Below, in pieces: positions 7,063-15,938 of a stretch of DNA of 16,436 bases; position 1 is the stretch's first letter; each line of letters starts with the position of its first letter. The stretch lies in assembly GCA_050246815.1 (NCBI GenBank), contig JBFWVI010000057.1, forward strand, positions 1-16,436, in the 5' to 3' direction. The position numbers were made by a program, and so were the translations under genes. The notes below the pieces were generated by a model. The model was given only the letters and a program-made list of their open reading frames with translations, did not search any database and was not told the origin of the DNA. Source of the DNA: Bdellovibrionales bacterium. Its GTDB lineage: Bacteria; Bdellovibrionota; Bdellovibrionia; Bdellovibrionales; UBA1609.

Positions 7063-9714
7063 TTATAAGTTCGGCTGCTGTTCCACAAAGGGACTGGTTT
7101 CTGCCCAGGGCTCGCGAGGCCCGACTGCACTTAAGACCTCGGGATTTTTTAAAATCTTTGCAGCCACCTTAAGCACATCGTCGACGGTGATCGCCTGAAC
7201 ACGTTCGGCATAGTGGAAAGTTTCTTGAAAATCGATCCCGTAGATATCATCAAACAGCAGCGCCGCGGCCATAGCCGAGTTGCGCTGCAAATCAATGTCA
7301 TGGCGGCCGATCAAATACCGTTGCGCTCGCACCAGCTCTTCGGAGCGAATTTTTTCTGAGGCCACTTTTTGCAGCTGCTCACGCAGCATACGCAGAGCCT
7401 TTGCACCCTTGTCGGGGCTGCAACCGATGTAGGCGCCAAAATAGCCGCCTTCGATCCCTTCCATCCTGAGCGGCGACACCGAATAGGCCAATGAATTTTT
7501 ATCCCGTAACTCAACAAACAGGCGCCCGCCCTGACCGGCCAGAACAGCCTCTAAAACTTGCAAAGAATAGCGGTCGGGATCGGTGAGCTTCAAACCTGAA
7601 TGACCCAAAACCAGGTGCACTTGCTCTTTGTTGGAAACAGAAAATTTCTTTTGTGGGGCCGTAAGAGCAGTCACGGGGATTGGCGACATCAGCCGGTCCC
7701 CTTTGGGCAACTCTGATGTCAGCTTTTCGAGGTGTTTTAGAATTTCATCACGATCAAAATGCCCTGCCACACTGATCGTGGCATTACGGCTGGTGCGCAT
7801 TTTTGCCATGTGACTGATCAGTTTGTCTTCGTGCACATTCGCTAACGTTTCCGCCCGACCTAACGGGTCGCGGCCGTACGGGTGATCACCAAAAAGCGTG
7901 CTACTGAAATTCAAAATCGCCACCTGAGCGGGGTTGTCTTGCCGTGTGCGCAGCTGCTCCAGCATCAAACTCTTTTCCCGCTCAATCACATCAAGTTTAA
8001 GTTCAGGCTCCAGAAGCACCTCGCCAAACAGCCCCAGTAAATCTGACGTGAAGGGTTTAAGGCCCCCTAAGTTCAGGCCCGCCGTGTTTCGCCCGCCAAA
8101 AGCGCTCAAGGTTCCCGCGCAGTTGTCAATCGCCGCCATCAGTTGCATTTCGCTACGATTTTTTGTGGCTGAGACCCATGTGCGCGACAACATTTCATTT
8201 AGGCCTGCGTGCGATGCGGTTTCTAGCCGCGCGCCGCCCAGAAAAGCCATTCGCAGGCTGACCACAGGGGTGTCGAAGTTGGGCCGTAGCAAAACGGTGG
8301 CGCCGCTTTTCAGCTGTACGCGCTCGGCTTGATTGACACGATTCTTCATTTTTGCCGGCGCCGGCGGAAACCATTGCTTTGGCAATTTCATTTTGCCGGC
8401 ACTTTTGTTTTTTCTGGCTGTCGTGTTTTTGAATTTCAATGCTTTAAGCCAATTTTTAAGCTCTTTTTCTTTGCTGGCTTCTTCGCCTTGGGGCGTGAGT
8501 GCACAAGCGATCATGCGATCCGGGCGCAAATATTTTTTTGCCACGGCCAGTAGATCTTTTGGGGTTAACCCGCGCACTTGCTTTAAAAACTTTTCGGACT
8601 CGCGATAGTCCCTGTAAAGGTGTTCATAGTGGCCGTATTTTCGCGCCATGCCGTCCACGGTTTCCAGGTTGTAATACTGCTCACTTGATAGGTTCACGAC
8701 CGCTTTGCCCAGCTCTTCACTGCTGACCAGCTCCTGGCGAAGGCGCTGCCATTGAGTTTGAATCTCTTGCAAGGCCTCGCCATAGCCCCCGGGCGGCAAC
8801 GACGCCGAAACCGCGAAAAATCCAGAATCCATCGGCGAAAACACGCTGCTGCCGACATAATTCACTAAATTTTTGTCGATTCGCATGGCTTGATTTAAGC
8901 GTGAACTGTCGCCTTGGCCATAGATCATGGCCAAGACCTCCAAGGCAGCCAAATCCTTATGATCCGCCGGCGGAGTGGGCCAAGCCAAAAATAAAAAATT
9001 CTCTTTGAAATTCGCTCCCCGCACCTGCACCGAAGATTTTTTTAACGTAGGCTCTTTAGCTCGTTTTACGGGGCGCACTTTTTGATTGCCCAAATCGCCA
9101 AAAAATTTGTCCAACTTAGGCTTCATTTCGGCTGTGGTGAAATCACCCACCACCAGCAGGGTCATGTTGCGCGCGCCGTAGCGATCCGTGAAATACTTCA
9201 CGATCTCTTGGCGGCTGACTTTTCGAATGATCTCTTCATAGCCAATCACCGGCTCGCCATAGGGATGGCGTTTGTACAGGCTTTCAAACAATAGCCGACT
9301 GGCCTGCCGATGCGGGCTGTCCATGGAGCGTTTGATCTCTTCAATCACCACTTCACGTTCGTTGTCGATTTCTTCCGCAACAAAGGCGGGACGCCCCATC
9401 ATCTCAGAAATCACCTCTAGCCCGGTGTCCAAGTATTGGCGCGAAATGGTGACATAAAAAACGGTTTGGTCAAAAGACGTGTACGCATTCAGCTCACCGC
9501 CCGAGCCTTCCACTGTGGCGGCAATTTCGCCAACCCCGAATTTTTTACTGCCCTTAAACACTAAATGTTCAATAAAGTGGCTGATTCCGCGAAGTTTTGC
9601 TGCCTCATCCGCGCTGCCGGTGCGCACCCACATTTGCACCGAGACCACCGGAGACTTGTGACTCTCCACTAGAAGCACGGTCAGGCCATTTTTTAATTGT
9701 AATTTCTTGATCAT
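7063..9714 (-). CDS. M16 family (insulinase/pitrilysin-like, PqqL-like) zinc peptidase with two fused M16B halves
   Basis: HFIEH inverted zinc motif (HxxEH), NAYTSFDQT, EREVVIEE and HPY in the N-half. The second half has RLFVELRDKNSLAYSV but no HxxEH. GAGGT RBS at 9723-9727; no signal peptide. Confidence 0.95.
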   Translation of the reverse strand: MIKKLQLKNGLTVLLVESHKSPVVSVQMWVRTGSADEAAKLRGISHFIEHLVFKGSKKFGVGEIAATVEGSGGELNAYTSFDQTVFYVTISRQYLDTGLEVISEMMGRPAFVAEEIDNEREVVIEEIKRSMDSPHRQASRLLFESLYKRHPYGEPVIGYEEIIRKVSRQEIVKYFTDRYGARNMTLLVVGDFTTAEMKPKLDKFFGDLGNQKVRPVKRAKEPTLKKSSVQVRGANFKENFLFLAWPTPPADHKDLAALEVLAMIYGQGDSSRLNQAMRIDKNLVNYVGSSVFSPMDSGFFAVSASLPPGGYGEALQEIQTQWQRLRQELVSSEELGKAVVNLSSEQYYNLETVDGMARKYGHYEHLYRDYRESEKFLKQVRGLTPKDLLAVAKKYLRPDRMIACALTPQGEEASKEKELKNWLKALKFKNTTARKNKSAGKMKLPKQWFPPAPAKMKNRVNQAERVQLKSGATVLLRPNFDTPVVSLRMAFLGGARLETASHAGLNEMLSRTWVSATKNRSEMQLMAAIDNCAGTLSAFGGRNTAGLNLGGLKPFTSDLLGLFGEVLLEPELKLDVIEREKSLMLEQLRTRQDNPAQVAILNFSSTLFGDHPYGRDPLGRAETLANVHEDKLISHMAKMRTSRNATISVAGHFDRDEILKHLEKLTSELPKGDRLMSPIPVTALTAPQKKFSVSNKEQVHLVLGHSGLKLTDPDRYSLQVLEAVLAGQGGRLFVELRDKNSLAYSVSPLRMEGIEGGYFGAYIGCSPDKGAKALRMLREQLQKVASEKIRSEELVRAQRYLIGRHDIDLQRNSAMAAALLFDDIYGIDFQETFHYAERVQAITVDDVLKVAAKILKNPEVLSAVGPREPWAETSPFVEQQPNL

Positions 9715-9734
9715 GTTCTAAGACCTCTTCTGTT

Positions 9735-10928
9735 ATGGGTCTGGCGATTTATGTGCACATTCCGTATTGTCTGCAGCGTTGTCGCTATTGCGACTTCACC
9801 ACCTTTGAGGCGGACCAAATTATGCCGCCACAAAAATATTTGGAGCTGATCCAGGCCGAGATTCGCAACCGACATCAACACCTAAAGCCGCGTCGATTAA
9901 GTTCGGTTTATTTTGGGGGCGGCACCCCCAGTCTTGTCCCTGCTGAGCACATTGTAGCGATGTTGCAAGAGCTTGCCAATGCAGGTTTCGAATTCACGAC
10001 CGACACCGAAGTGACGGTCGAGATCAACCCGGCCACCGTTGACCCCAAAAAGCTCGACGCTTATTTACAACACGGCGTTAATCGCTTTAGCGTCGGAGCC
10101 CAGACCTTTAACGATACCTTATTGAACCTTTGCGGGCGTAAACACAGCGCGGATGACACCCGCGCCACCTTGCGCCTGCTTGACCAACGTGATGTGAATT
10201 ATTCCTTTGATTTGCTTTTTGCACTTCCCGGCCAAACCATTGCGGACTTAAAGGCCGACCTGGACGAGGTGGCCCGCTTTCGGCCCCGCCACCTTAGCGC
10301 CTATTGCTTGACCGTTCCCCAGGGCCACCCCATGGAAACTGGCCGCCCCTTAGAAGATGAGCAAATCGCCATGTTCAATTTGATCGAACGCGAGTTGAAA
10401 GCCATGGGCATAGAAAAATATGAAATCTCTAATTTTGCCCAACCCGGCTTTGAATCGCGTCATAACCAGACCTATTGGAATGATCAGCCTTATTGGGGCC
10501 TGGGACTGAGCGCGCACTCCTATCTGCCTATTGGCCCCTGGGGCACGCGCTTTTGGAATCCAAAAACATGGCCCGAATATATCCATCAGGCGGCCCAACC
10601 TTTTGACCATGCCGAGCATCTAACCGATCCCTTGCCCCCAACGCAAAAAGAGCGACTTGCCGCCCATGAATCTTTGACCGATTACTGTCACATGTTTTTG
10701 CGGACTAGCCGAGGCCTGAACCTGTCTGCGCTGCGAAAAAAGTATGGCCCTCGGGCTGACTTTTTAGAAACGCGACTCAAATTGCTGCTTAGGCGAGGGC
10801 TTTTGACTCACCGGGGCGATATTGTTTCGCTTTCTGGCGAGGGGCAGTTGCTCAGCAACCAGGTTTTTGCCGAGTTGTTGGTCACGGCTGAAGAATGGCC
10901 TTTGCCCAGCACCCCCTCCCTGGCCTAA
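9735..10928 (+). CDS. hemW: Radical SAM family heme chaperone HemW (HemN-like)
   Basis: YVHIPYCLQRCRYCDF (CxxxCxxC), YFGGGTPS, EINP, YEISNFA and HNQTYW (HNxxYW, typical of HemW rather than HemN). Confidence 0.92.
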   Translation: MGLAIYVHIPYCLQRCRYCDFTTFEADQIMPPQKYLELIQAEIRNRHQHLKPRRLSSVYFGGGTPSLVPAEHIVAMLQELANAGFEFTTDTEVTVEINPATVDPKKLDAYLQHGVNRFSVGAQTFNDTLLNLCGRKHSADDTRATLRLLDQRDVNYSFDLLFALPGQTIADLKADLDEVARFRPRHLSAYCLTVPQGHPMETGRPLEDEQIAMFNLIERELKAMGIEKYEISNFAQPGFESRHNQTYWNDQPYWGLGLSAHSYLPIGPWGTRFWNPKTWPEYIHQAAQPFDHAEHLTDPLPPTQKERLAAHESLTDYCHMFLRTSRGLNLSALRKKYGPRADFLETRLKLLLRRGLLTHRGDIVSLSGEGQLLSNQVFAELLVTAEEWPLPSTPSLA

Positions 10929-10931
10929 AAT
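10902..10931 (+). promoter_or_regulatory. Candidate sigma70 promoter for grpE within the hemW 3' end
   Basis: TTGCCC (10902-10907)-N18-TAAAAT (10926-10931); AGGAGG RBS at 10961-10966. Confidence 0.4.
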
Positions 10932-10973
10932 AGGCGCTTTTGATAAACATGATCCCTTAGAGGAGGCCCATAA

Positions 10974-11534
10974 ATGGACGACAAAAAGCGCGATTTAAAG
11001 TCGTCGCCCTCCGCTGAATCCGATGTGGAGCAAAATGGGCAGGACAAAACTGCTGGCACAGACTCGGATCGCTTAAAGGCCGATTACGACAAATTGAAAA
11101 ACGATTTTTTATATTTGGGCGCGGAGTTCGAAAATTACAAAAAGCAAGCCATTAAAGAGCGCTCGGAGCTGCATCGTTACGGAGCTGAGCGCTTTGTGCG
11201 CGACCTTTTAGAGGTGGTCGACAATTTTGAACGAGCCTTGGCCGTGCAAAACACCTCTGAAAACAAGGACACCTTGCGAGACGGCGTGGCTTTGATCCAC
11301 CGCGAGCTACAGTCTTTGCTGTCACGTCATGGAGTGCGCGAAATCGATCCTGTTGGTCAGCCTTTTGATCCGGGCGCCCATGAGGCCCTGACCAGTGAGG
11401 AGACCGATCAATACCCGGCCGGCTCCATCTCACGCGTATTTAAAAAAGCCTATCGCTTACATGATCGCCTGCTTCGACCCGCCCAAGTGGTGGTGGCCAA
11501 GGCGCCCAGCTCAACTTCACAGGCCGAGGAGTAA
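10974..11534 (+). CDS. grpE: Nucleotide exchange factor GrpE
   Basis: AEFENYKK, LLEVVDNFERAL, GQPFDPGAHEAL and RLLRPAQVVVAK motifs; strong AGGAGG RBS. Confidence 0.96.
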   Translation: MDDKKRDLKSSPSAESDVEQNGQDKTAGTDSDRLKADYDKLKNDFLYLGAEFENYKKQAIKERSELHRYGAERFVRDLLEVVDNFERALAVQNTSENKDTLRDGVALIHRELQSLLSRHGVREIDPVGQPFDPGAHEALTSEETDQYPAGSISRVFKKAYRLHDRLLRPAQVVVAKAPSSTSQAEE

Positions 11535-11537
11535 GCG

Positions 11538-12518
11538 GTGGCGAAAAAAGATCTTTACTCCGTTTTGGGCGTTGCGCGCGGCGCCTCTGAGGATGAGATC
11601 AAAAAAGCTTATCGCAAGCTGGCCCTGAAGTTTCACCCCGACAAAAATCAGGGCGACAAGGTCGCCGAAGACCGCTTTAAAGAAATCACCGAGGCCTACG
11701 AGGTTCTGCGCGATGCCAAACGCCGCCAAGCCTATGATCAATTTGGCCACGCCGGCCCCCAAAATCCCTTTGGCCAAGGGCCAAACCCCTTTGAGGGATT
11801 TGGCGGATTCGGCGCGGCAGGTTTTCGTGGTGCCGGCGGCAATCAGGATAACTTTCAAGACGTGTTCTCGGATTTTTTTGGCGATATGTTCGCCGGTGGA
11901 CGTGGCCCCAAGCGACCACGTCCACAAAAGGGCGCCGACCTTCGTTATTCTTTGCAAGTGACGCTTGAAGAGGCCGCCAGTGGCTGCGAAAAAACCATCA
12001 CCTTTGTCCGCCAGCGCGGTCTTAAAGAAGACACCGCCAAACTTTCGATCGCGGTGCCGGCCGGCGTAAAAGCGGGCCAGCGCTTAAAGCTGCGCGGTGA
12101 AGGCGACAGCCCCGAAGGAGCCTCGGCACCAGGTGATCTTTATGTTATCGTGAACTTCTTCGATCACCCGTTGTTTCGCCGCAAAGAAAATGACGTGCTT
12201 TTGGATCTGCCGATCACTTTTGTCGACGCCATCAACGGCGCCACCATTGAAGTTCCAACCCTGACGGGCAAAGCCTCTTTATCGATTCCGCCCGCCACCC
12301 ATCCAGGGCAAATATTCCGCTTAAAAGGCAAAGGTTTCACCGATGTCAGCGGCTATGGGGCCGGTGACATGCTTATTAAAATCGTCATCGATATTCCGCA
12401 GGATTTAAGCGAAGAGGAGCGCCGTCAAATCAAGGGCCTCGGCCCCATGAGCGAACGCACCCCTCTTGTGATGGAGTTCAAAGACAAAATGCGCAAACTG
12501 ACAAGGGGGCGCTCATGA
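11538..12518 (+). CDS. dnaJ: DnaJ-family co-chaperone, class B (J domain, G/F region, C-terminal domain, no zinc finger)
   Basis: [25 protein letters not shown] (HPD), G/F-rich linker, GDLYV, HPLFRR and RLKGKG; no CxxCxGxG repeats. GTG start with GAGGAG RBS at 11526-11531. Confidence 0.92.
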   Translation: MAKKDLYSVLGVARGASEDEIKKAYRKLALKFHPDKNQGDKVAEDRFKEITEAYEVLRDAKRRQAYDQFGHAGPQNPFGQGPNPFEGFGGFGAAGFRGAGGNQDNFQDVFSDFFGDMFAGGRGPKRPRPQKGADLRYSLQVTLEEAASGCEKTITFVRQRGLKEDTAKLSIAVPAGVKAGQRLKLRGEGDSPEGASAPGDLYVIVNFFDHPLFRRKENDVLLDLPITFVDAINGATIEVPTLTGKASLSIPPATHPGQIFRLKGKGFTDVSGYGAGDMLIKIVIDIPQDLSEEERRQIKGLGPMSERTPLVMEFKDKMRKLTRGRS

Positions 12519-14524
12519 TCGTTTGGCGCTGGATGATTTTGGGGCTGATGACTTCGACTTTAATTTTGGGCTGCGCCACTTTTAGTCGCAAAAAGCCTCC
12601 CGAAAAGGCCAGCCCTTCGGTCCGTGCCGAATTTGATCAAATTCAAATTGAGTTAGCCGCTGGTGCAGGAAAAAAGGCCCAAAATCGTCTAAAAAAATTA
12701 GTGGCCAACCATCCACACACCGACATTTCAGATGACGCCTTGATGATATTGGGGCGGCTTCACTTTAAGGCACGCGATTACCAGGCCGCCTATGATTCTT
12801 TTATCTCTGTCGCGAACTCGGACGTCTTCAGTCCCTCAGAGGCAGAGGCCCTGCTTTCCGCCGGCAAGTGTTTGCAACGCCTGGGCCGCCCCGATGAAGC
12901 TTTGGCGCTCACGCAAAAAAGCATCAAAATTCCTGGCATTTCAGAAGAGATGAAGCTTGAAAACTACAAACTTCGTTTTGCGATCTTGGGTGATCTGGGC
13001 GACCGCCTCGATGCGCTTCGCGCCGTGGTCTACATCGCCGACAAAGATCCGGACCAAAATTCCCGTGACAGCTATCGGGTGCGGGCCCTGGATTTTGTTG
13101 AATCCCGTCTGACCGATCAAGAGCTTGAGACCGTGGCCAAGTCCTCAGAATTTGGCTTTGTGCGTGGCACGGCCTTGTTTCGTGTGGGCGTGCAGTCTTT
13201 TGAACAGCGAGATTTTTCGCGCGCCCGCGACACGTTCACTGACGCCATCGAAATTTTGCAAACCGGCGAACTGGTCGAACGCGCCAAAGGCTATATCGCG
13301 CAAATCGATTCGCGTCGCGAAGTGGACGCGCGCACGGTAGGGGCAGTTTTGCCTTTAACCGGCCGCCACGCCGCAATCGCGCAAAAAACATTGCGCGGAC
13401 TGCAACTTGGTCTTGGCATTTACGGTGCGAATCGCTCGGATTTGCGCTTGGCCGTGGTCGACAGCGAAGGCAACCCCGATGGCGCCCGCCGTGCCGTGGA
13501 ACGACTGGTCGGCGAAGATCACGTGATCGCTGTGGTGGGGAGCTTGCTCAGCCGCGAGGCCACCGCGGTGGCCTCAAAAGCAGATGAGCTTGGCGTTCCC
13601 TCTTTGGCGCTTTCGCAAAAAGCGGGTCTAACCGACATCGGCGACACGGTGTTTAGAAACTCCTTAACCAGCGAAATGCAAGTGCGCCAATTGGTCAAAG
13701 TGGCCATGGACAAAATGGGCCTGAAGCGCTTCGCAATTTTGTATCCAAACGACGCGTATGGCGTGGAATTTTCGAACCTGTTCTGGGACGAGGTTTTGGC
13801 CCGTGGTGGAACGATCGCAGCGGCGCAAGTGTACAGCCCTGTGGACAACGATTTTAACGGCCCCATTCAGCGCCTGGTCGGCAAGTATTACGTCGAAGAC
13901 CGCGCCGGAGAATACAAAGCCCGATTGACGGATTGGTTTAAAAAGCAAAAGTCCATTGGCGCCCGCCAAAAGCCACCAGATGAGCTTTTGCCGCCGATCA
14001 CGGACTTCGATGCGATCTTTGTTCCTGATGGCATCAAAGCGATTAGCCAGATCGCGCCCACCTTGGCCTACCATGACGTGCAAAACGTGCGTCTGCTGGG
14101 CACGAATCTTTGGAACAGTGAGGACCTCATTCGCAAAGGCGAAAAGCGCGCGGAAGGCGCCTTGTTTGTGGACAGCTTCTTACCCACCGACCCTGAATTT
14201 TCAGGTTCGCGCTTTTATAAAGAATTTCAGCGCATCTTTGGCGAGCCCCCGGGGCCCTTTGAAGCACAAGCCTACGATGCAGGTTTGATTTTGCGCCAAG
14301 CTTTAGCTTCGGGCCGCCGCACTCGGGTGGATCTTACCGAACAGCTGAATCGCTTGAGCGATTTTCCTGGCGCGGTGGGGCGCTTAAACTTTTCGGGTGT
14401 TCGTGAAATCTCTCGCCCCATCGTCACGCTGACAGTGGATGGCGGCAAGATTTTGCGGCTCGAAGCCCTTGCCCCCGCAGCCCCACCAGCAACACCGACA
14501 AAGGGTAAAAAGGGCCGCGGTTGA
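12515..14524 (+). CDS. Penicillin-binding protein activator LpoA/LppC-like lipoprotein (TPR N-domain plus periplasmic binding protein type 1 C-domain)
   Basis: Lipobox LILGC, TPR-like helical repeats, then [46 protein letters not shown] and AQAYDA. ATGA overlap with dnaJ. Confidence 0.85.
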   Translation: MIVWRWMILGLMTSTLILGCATFSRKKPPEKASPSVRAEFDQIQIELAAGAGKKAQNRLKKLVANHPHTDISDDALMILGRLHFKARDYQAAYDSFISVANSDVFSPSEAEALLSAGKCLQRLGRPDEALALTQKSIKIPGISEEMKLENYKLRFAILGDLGDRLDALRAVVYIADKDPDQNSRDSYRVRALDFVESRLTDQELETVAKSSEFGFVRGTALFRVGVQSFEQRDFSRARDTFTDAIEILQTGELVERAKGYIAQIDSRREVDARTVGAVLPLTGRHAAIAQKTLRGLQLGLGIYGANRSDLRLAVVDSEGNPDGARRAVERLVGEDHVIAVVGSLLSREATAVASKADELGVPSLALSQKAGLTDIGDTVFRNSLTSEMQVRQLVKVAMDKMGLKRFAILYPNDAYGVEFSNLFWDEVLARGGTIAAAQVYSPVDNDFNGPIQRLVGKYYVEDRAGEYKARLTDWFKKQKSIGARQKPPDELLPPITDFDAIFVPDGIKAISQIAPTLAYHDVQNVRLLGTNLWNSEDLIRKGEKRAEGALFVDSFLPTDPEFSGSRFYKEFQRIFGEPPGPFEAQAYDAGLILRQALASGRRTRVDLTEQLNRLSDFPGAVGRLNFSGVREISRPIVTLTVDGGKILRLEALAPAAPPATPTKGKKGRG

Positions 14525-14541
14525 GCGGCCTTCGATTTTTT
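14511..14541 (+). terminator. Probable intrinsic terminator overlapping the lpoA-like stop codon
   Basis: AGGGCCGC-GGTTGA-GCGGCCTT hairpin followed by CGATTTTTT. Confidence 0.55.
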
Positions 14542-14617
14542 AGCAGACGCTGTTCTGTTGCTCTTCTGGAATTTAGGGGCAGCCGGGGTTCGCGGTGGTA
14601 CTTTCGTCAGTCCTCAG

Positions 14618-14645
14618 TTAAGTGCGAGGCGTCCTCATCCGAAAA
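14618..14645 (+). promoter_or_regulatory. Candidate FliA (sigma28) promoter
   Basis: TTAAG (14618-14622)-N15-TCCGAAAA (14638-14645) matches the sigma28 consensus TAAA-N15-GCCGATAA with exact spacing, 34 nt upstream of ATG 14680. Confidence 0.55.
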
Positions 14646-14679
14646 GTATCTCACTCAATAATCAATCGGAGAAATTCTT

Positions 14680-14934
14680 ATGTTCAATAAACTCAAAGAC
14701 AAACTGATGAATGAGACCATGGAAAAAAGTCTGGGCACCATCAAGACCTTGTTCGTTACTTACGCGGGTCCACACTTATCCGAGTGGGCCAATGACGACC
14801 AAAAGATGTCGCAGGCCTTCAAAGAAGTTTATGCCAAAATACCAGCGCCCATTCAACAGATCGTAAGCGAAGAAAAGTTTATCGCTTTCTGCCTAGCCAA
14901 TAAGCAAAAATTGATTGAACGTAAAACGGCTTAG
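14680..14934 (+). CDS. Small hypothetical helical protein (84 aa)
   Basis: ATG with GGAG RBS at 14668-14671; fills the intergenic gap; amphipathic helical composition; no recognised domain. Confidence 0.75.
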   Translation: MFNKLKDKLMNETMEKSLGTIKTLFVTYAGPHLSEWANDDQKMSQAFKEVYAKIPAPIQQIVSEEKFIAFCLANKQKLIERKTA

Positions 14935-14951
14935 CCCCGCTTCGATTGGTA

Positions 14952-15920
14952 TCAAAGACAGCGGATCATGATGTCGCGATTTGTAAGCGCCACATTTGAG
15001 ATCGCGGGGACGTCGGCCTCGAAAGGTATAATTGTGTTCGCCGCCGTGACGTTGGTGATAATGAATCGCTTTGAAATTCCCGCGACTTTATACCACCAGC
15101 CGTGGCCGCTGCTGCCGCCTTTGGCCGATCCAAACTCAAGGGTGAGCGCGGGTTCAGTTAGTCCATTGATTTTAAACTCGAGAAAGCGGCCGCGGTACCC
15201 GCTGCCGCCGCCAATATCATTGCGCATACCATCCATTTGAACCGAAACCTCGATCCCATGTGCGCACCGGTTCGCCGGAATCACGATCGGAGCAATTGTT
15301 GTGGGGTCAAAATTGTACGCCGTGAAAACAATGGAACTATTTGTTGCACTTCCGCAACTTACAATGCTTCGCGCGGTTGGCAGCGCGGGCGGAGAGGGGT
15401 TCACATTGAAAATTTGCTGAAACTCAAGATTTTGGAACGGTATCGCCGTGGTCGCGGGGTCAAAAGACACCGACAGCCTGCCCACATACTCATTTGGATT
15501 GCCTGTGGCCCGAATGTTGTCGAAGGTGATGGTGTTTACACGCAGACCTGTGTGCGAGCCCGGCAAAATCTGGGCCTGCTGCGCGATCACTGAGGCCGTC
15601 GGGGCAGCGCCAAAACGCAAAACCGGAATGTTGATCACGGTCGGTGACGGAACCGTGGTTGTGGTGGTCGACAGATCCATTGTCGCAGGCAACCCGGTCA
15701 ACAAATTGAAAGAACAGCTGCTCATATTGTCCATCATTTGTCGGACTGACTTGACCACTTCGAGTGTTTCATTTTTCTGGTTGAGAGCCCGCATCTGATT
15801 TTGCAGGGAGGTGACAAAATTCAAAAACAAAAGGCTCAAAAAGCCGATCACTCCGGCCGCAATCACCAGCTCAACCAGTGAAAAACCCCCGGTTTGGCGT
15901 CTTCTCATTTTAGCGCTCAC
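14952..15920 (-). CDS. Prepilin-type N-terminal cleavage/methylation domain protein (large minor pilin / pseudopilin)
   Basis: Basic leader MSAKMRRRQTGG, class III signal G|FSLVELVIAAG with E at +5, and a hydrophobic helix followed by a beta-rich region with four Cys. GTG start with an AAGGA RBS. Confidence 0.85.
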   Translation of the reverse strand: MSAKMRRRQTGGFSLVELVIAAGVIGFLSLLFLNFVTSLQNQMRALNQKNETLEVVKSVRQMMDNMSSCSFNLLTGLPATMDLSTTTTTVPSPTVINIPVLRFGAAPTASVIAQQAQILPGSHTGLRVNTITFDNIRATGNPNEYVGRLSVSFDPATTAIPFQNLEFQQIFNVNPSPPALPTARSIVSCGSATNSSIVFTAYNFDPTTIAPIVIPANRCAHGIEVSVQMDGMRNDIGGGSGYRGRFLEFKINGLTEPALTLEFGSAKGGSSGHGWWYKVAGISKRFIITNVTAANTIIPFEADVPAISNVALTNRDIMIRCL

Positions 15921-15938
15921 AAATATTCCTTTGCGCGC

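Noticed and set aside
9735..10928. Annotation as coproporphyrinogen III dehydrogenase HemN
   Set aside because: Lacks the HemN N-terminal extension, has HNxxYW, and sits beside grpE as HemW typically does.
10923..10941. GCCTA-AAA-TAGGC hairpin followed by GCTTTT after hemW
   Set aside because: 5-bp stem with a 3-nt loop is too weak to call a terminator; it overlaps a better-supported -10 element.
11517..11957. 146-aa antisense ORF opposite dnaJ
   Set aside because: Typical shadow frame of a conserved gene; no independent evidence.
15885..15920. MRRRQ as a possible twin-arginine (Tat) signal, given tatBC nearby
   Set aside because: Lacks RRxFLK; it is followed by G|FSLVE, a class III prepilin cleavage site.
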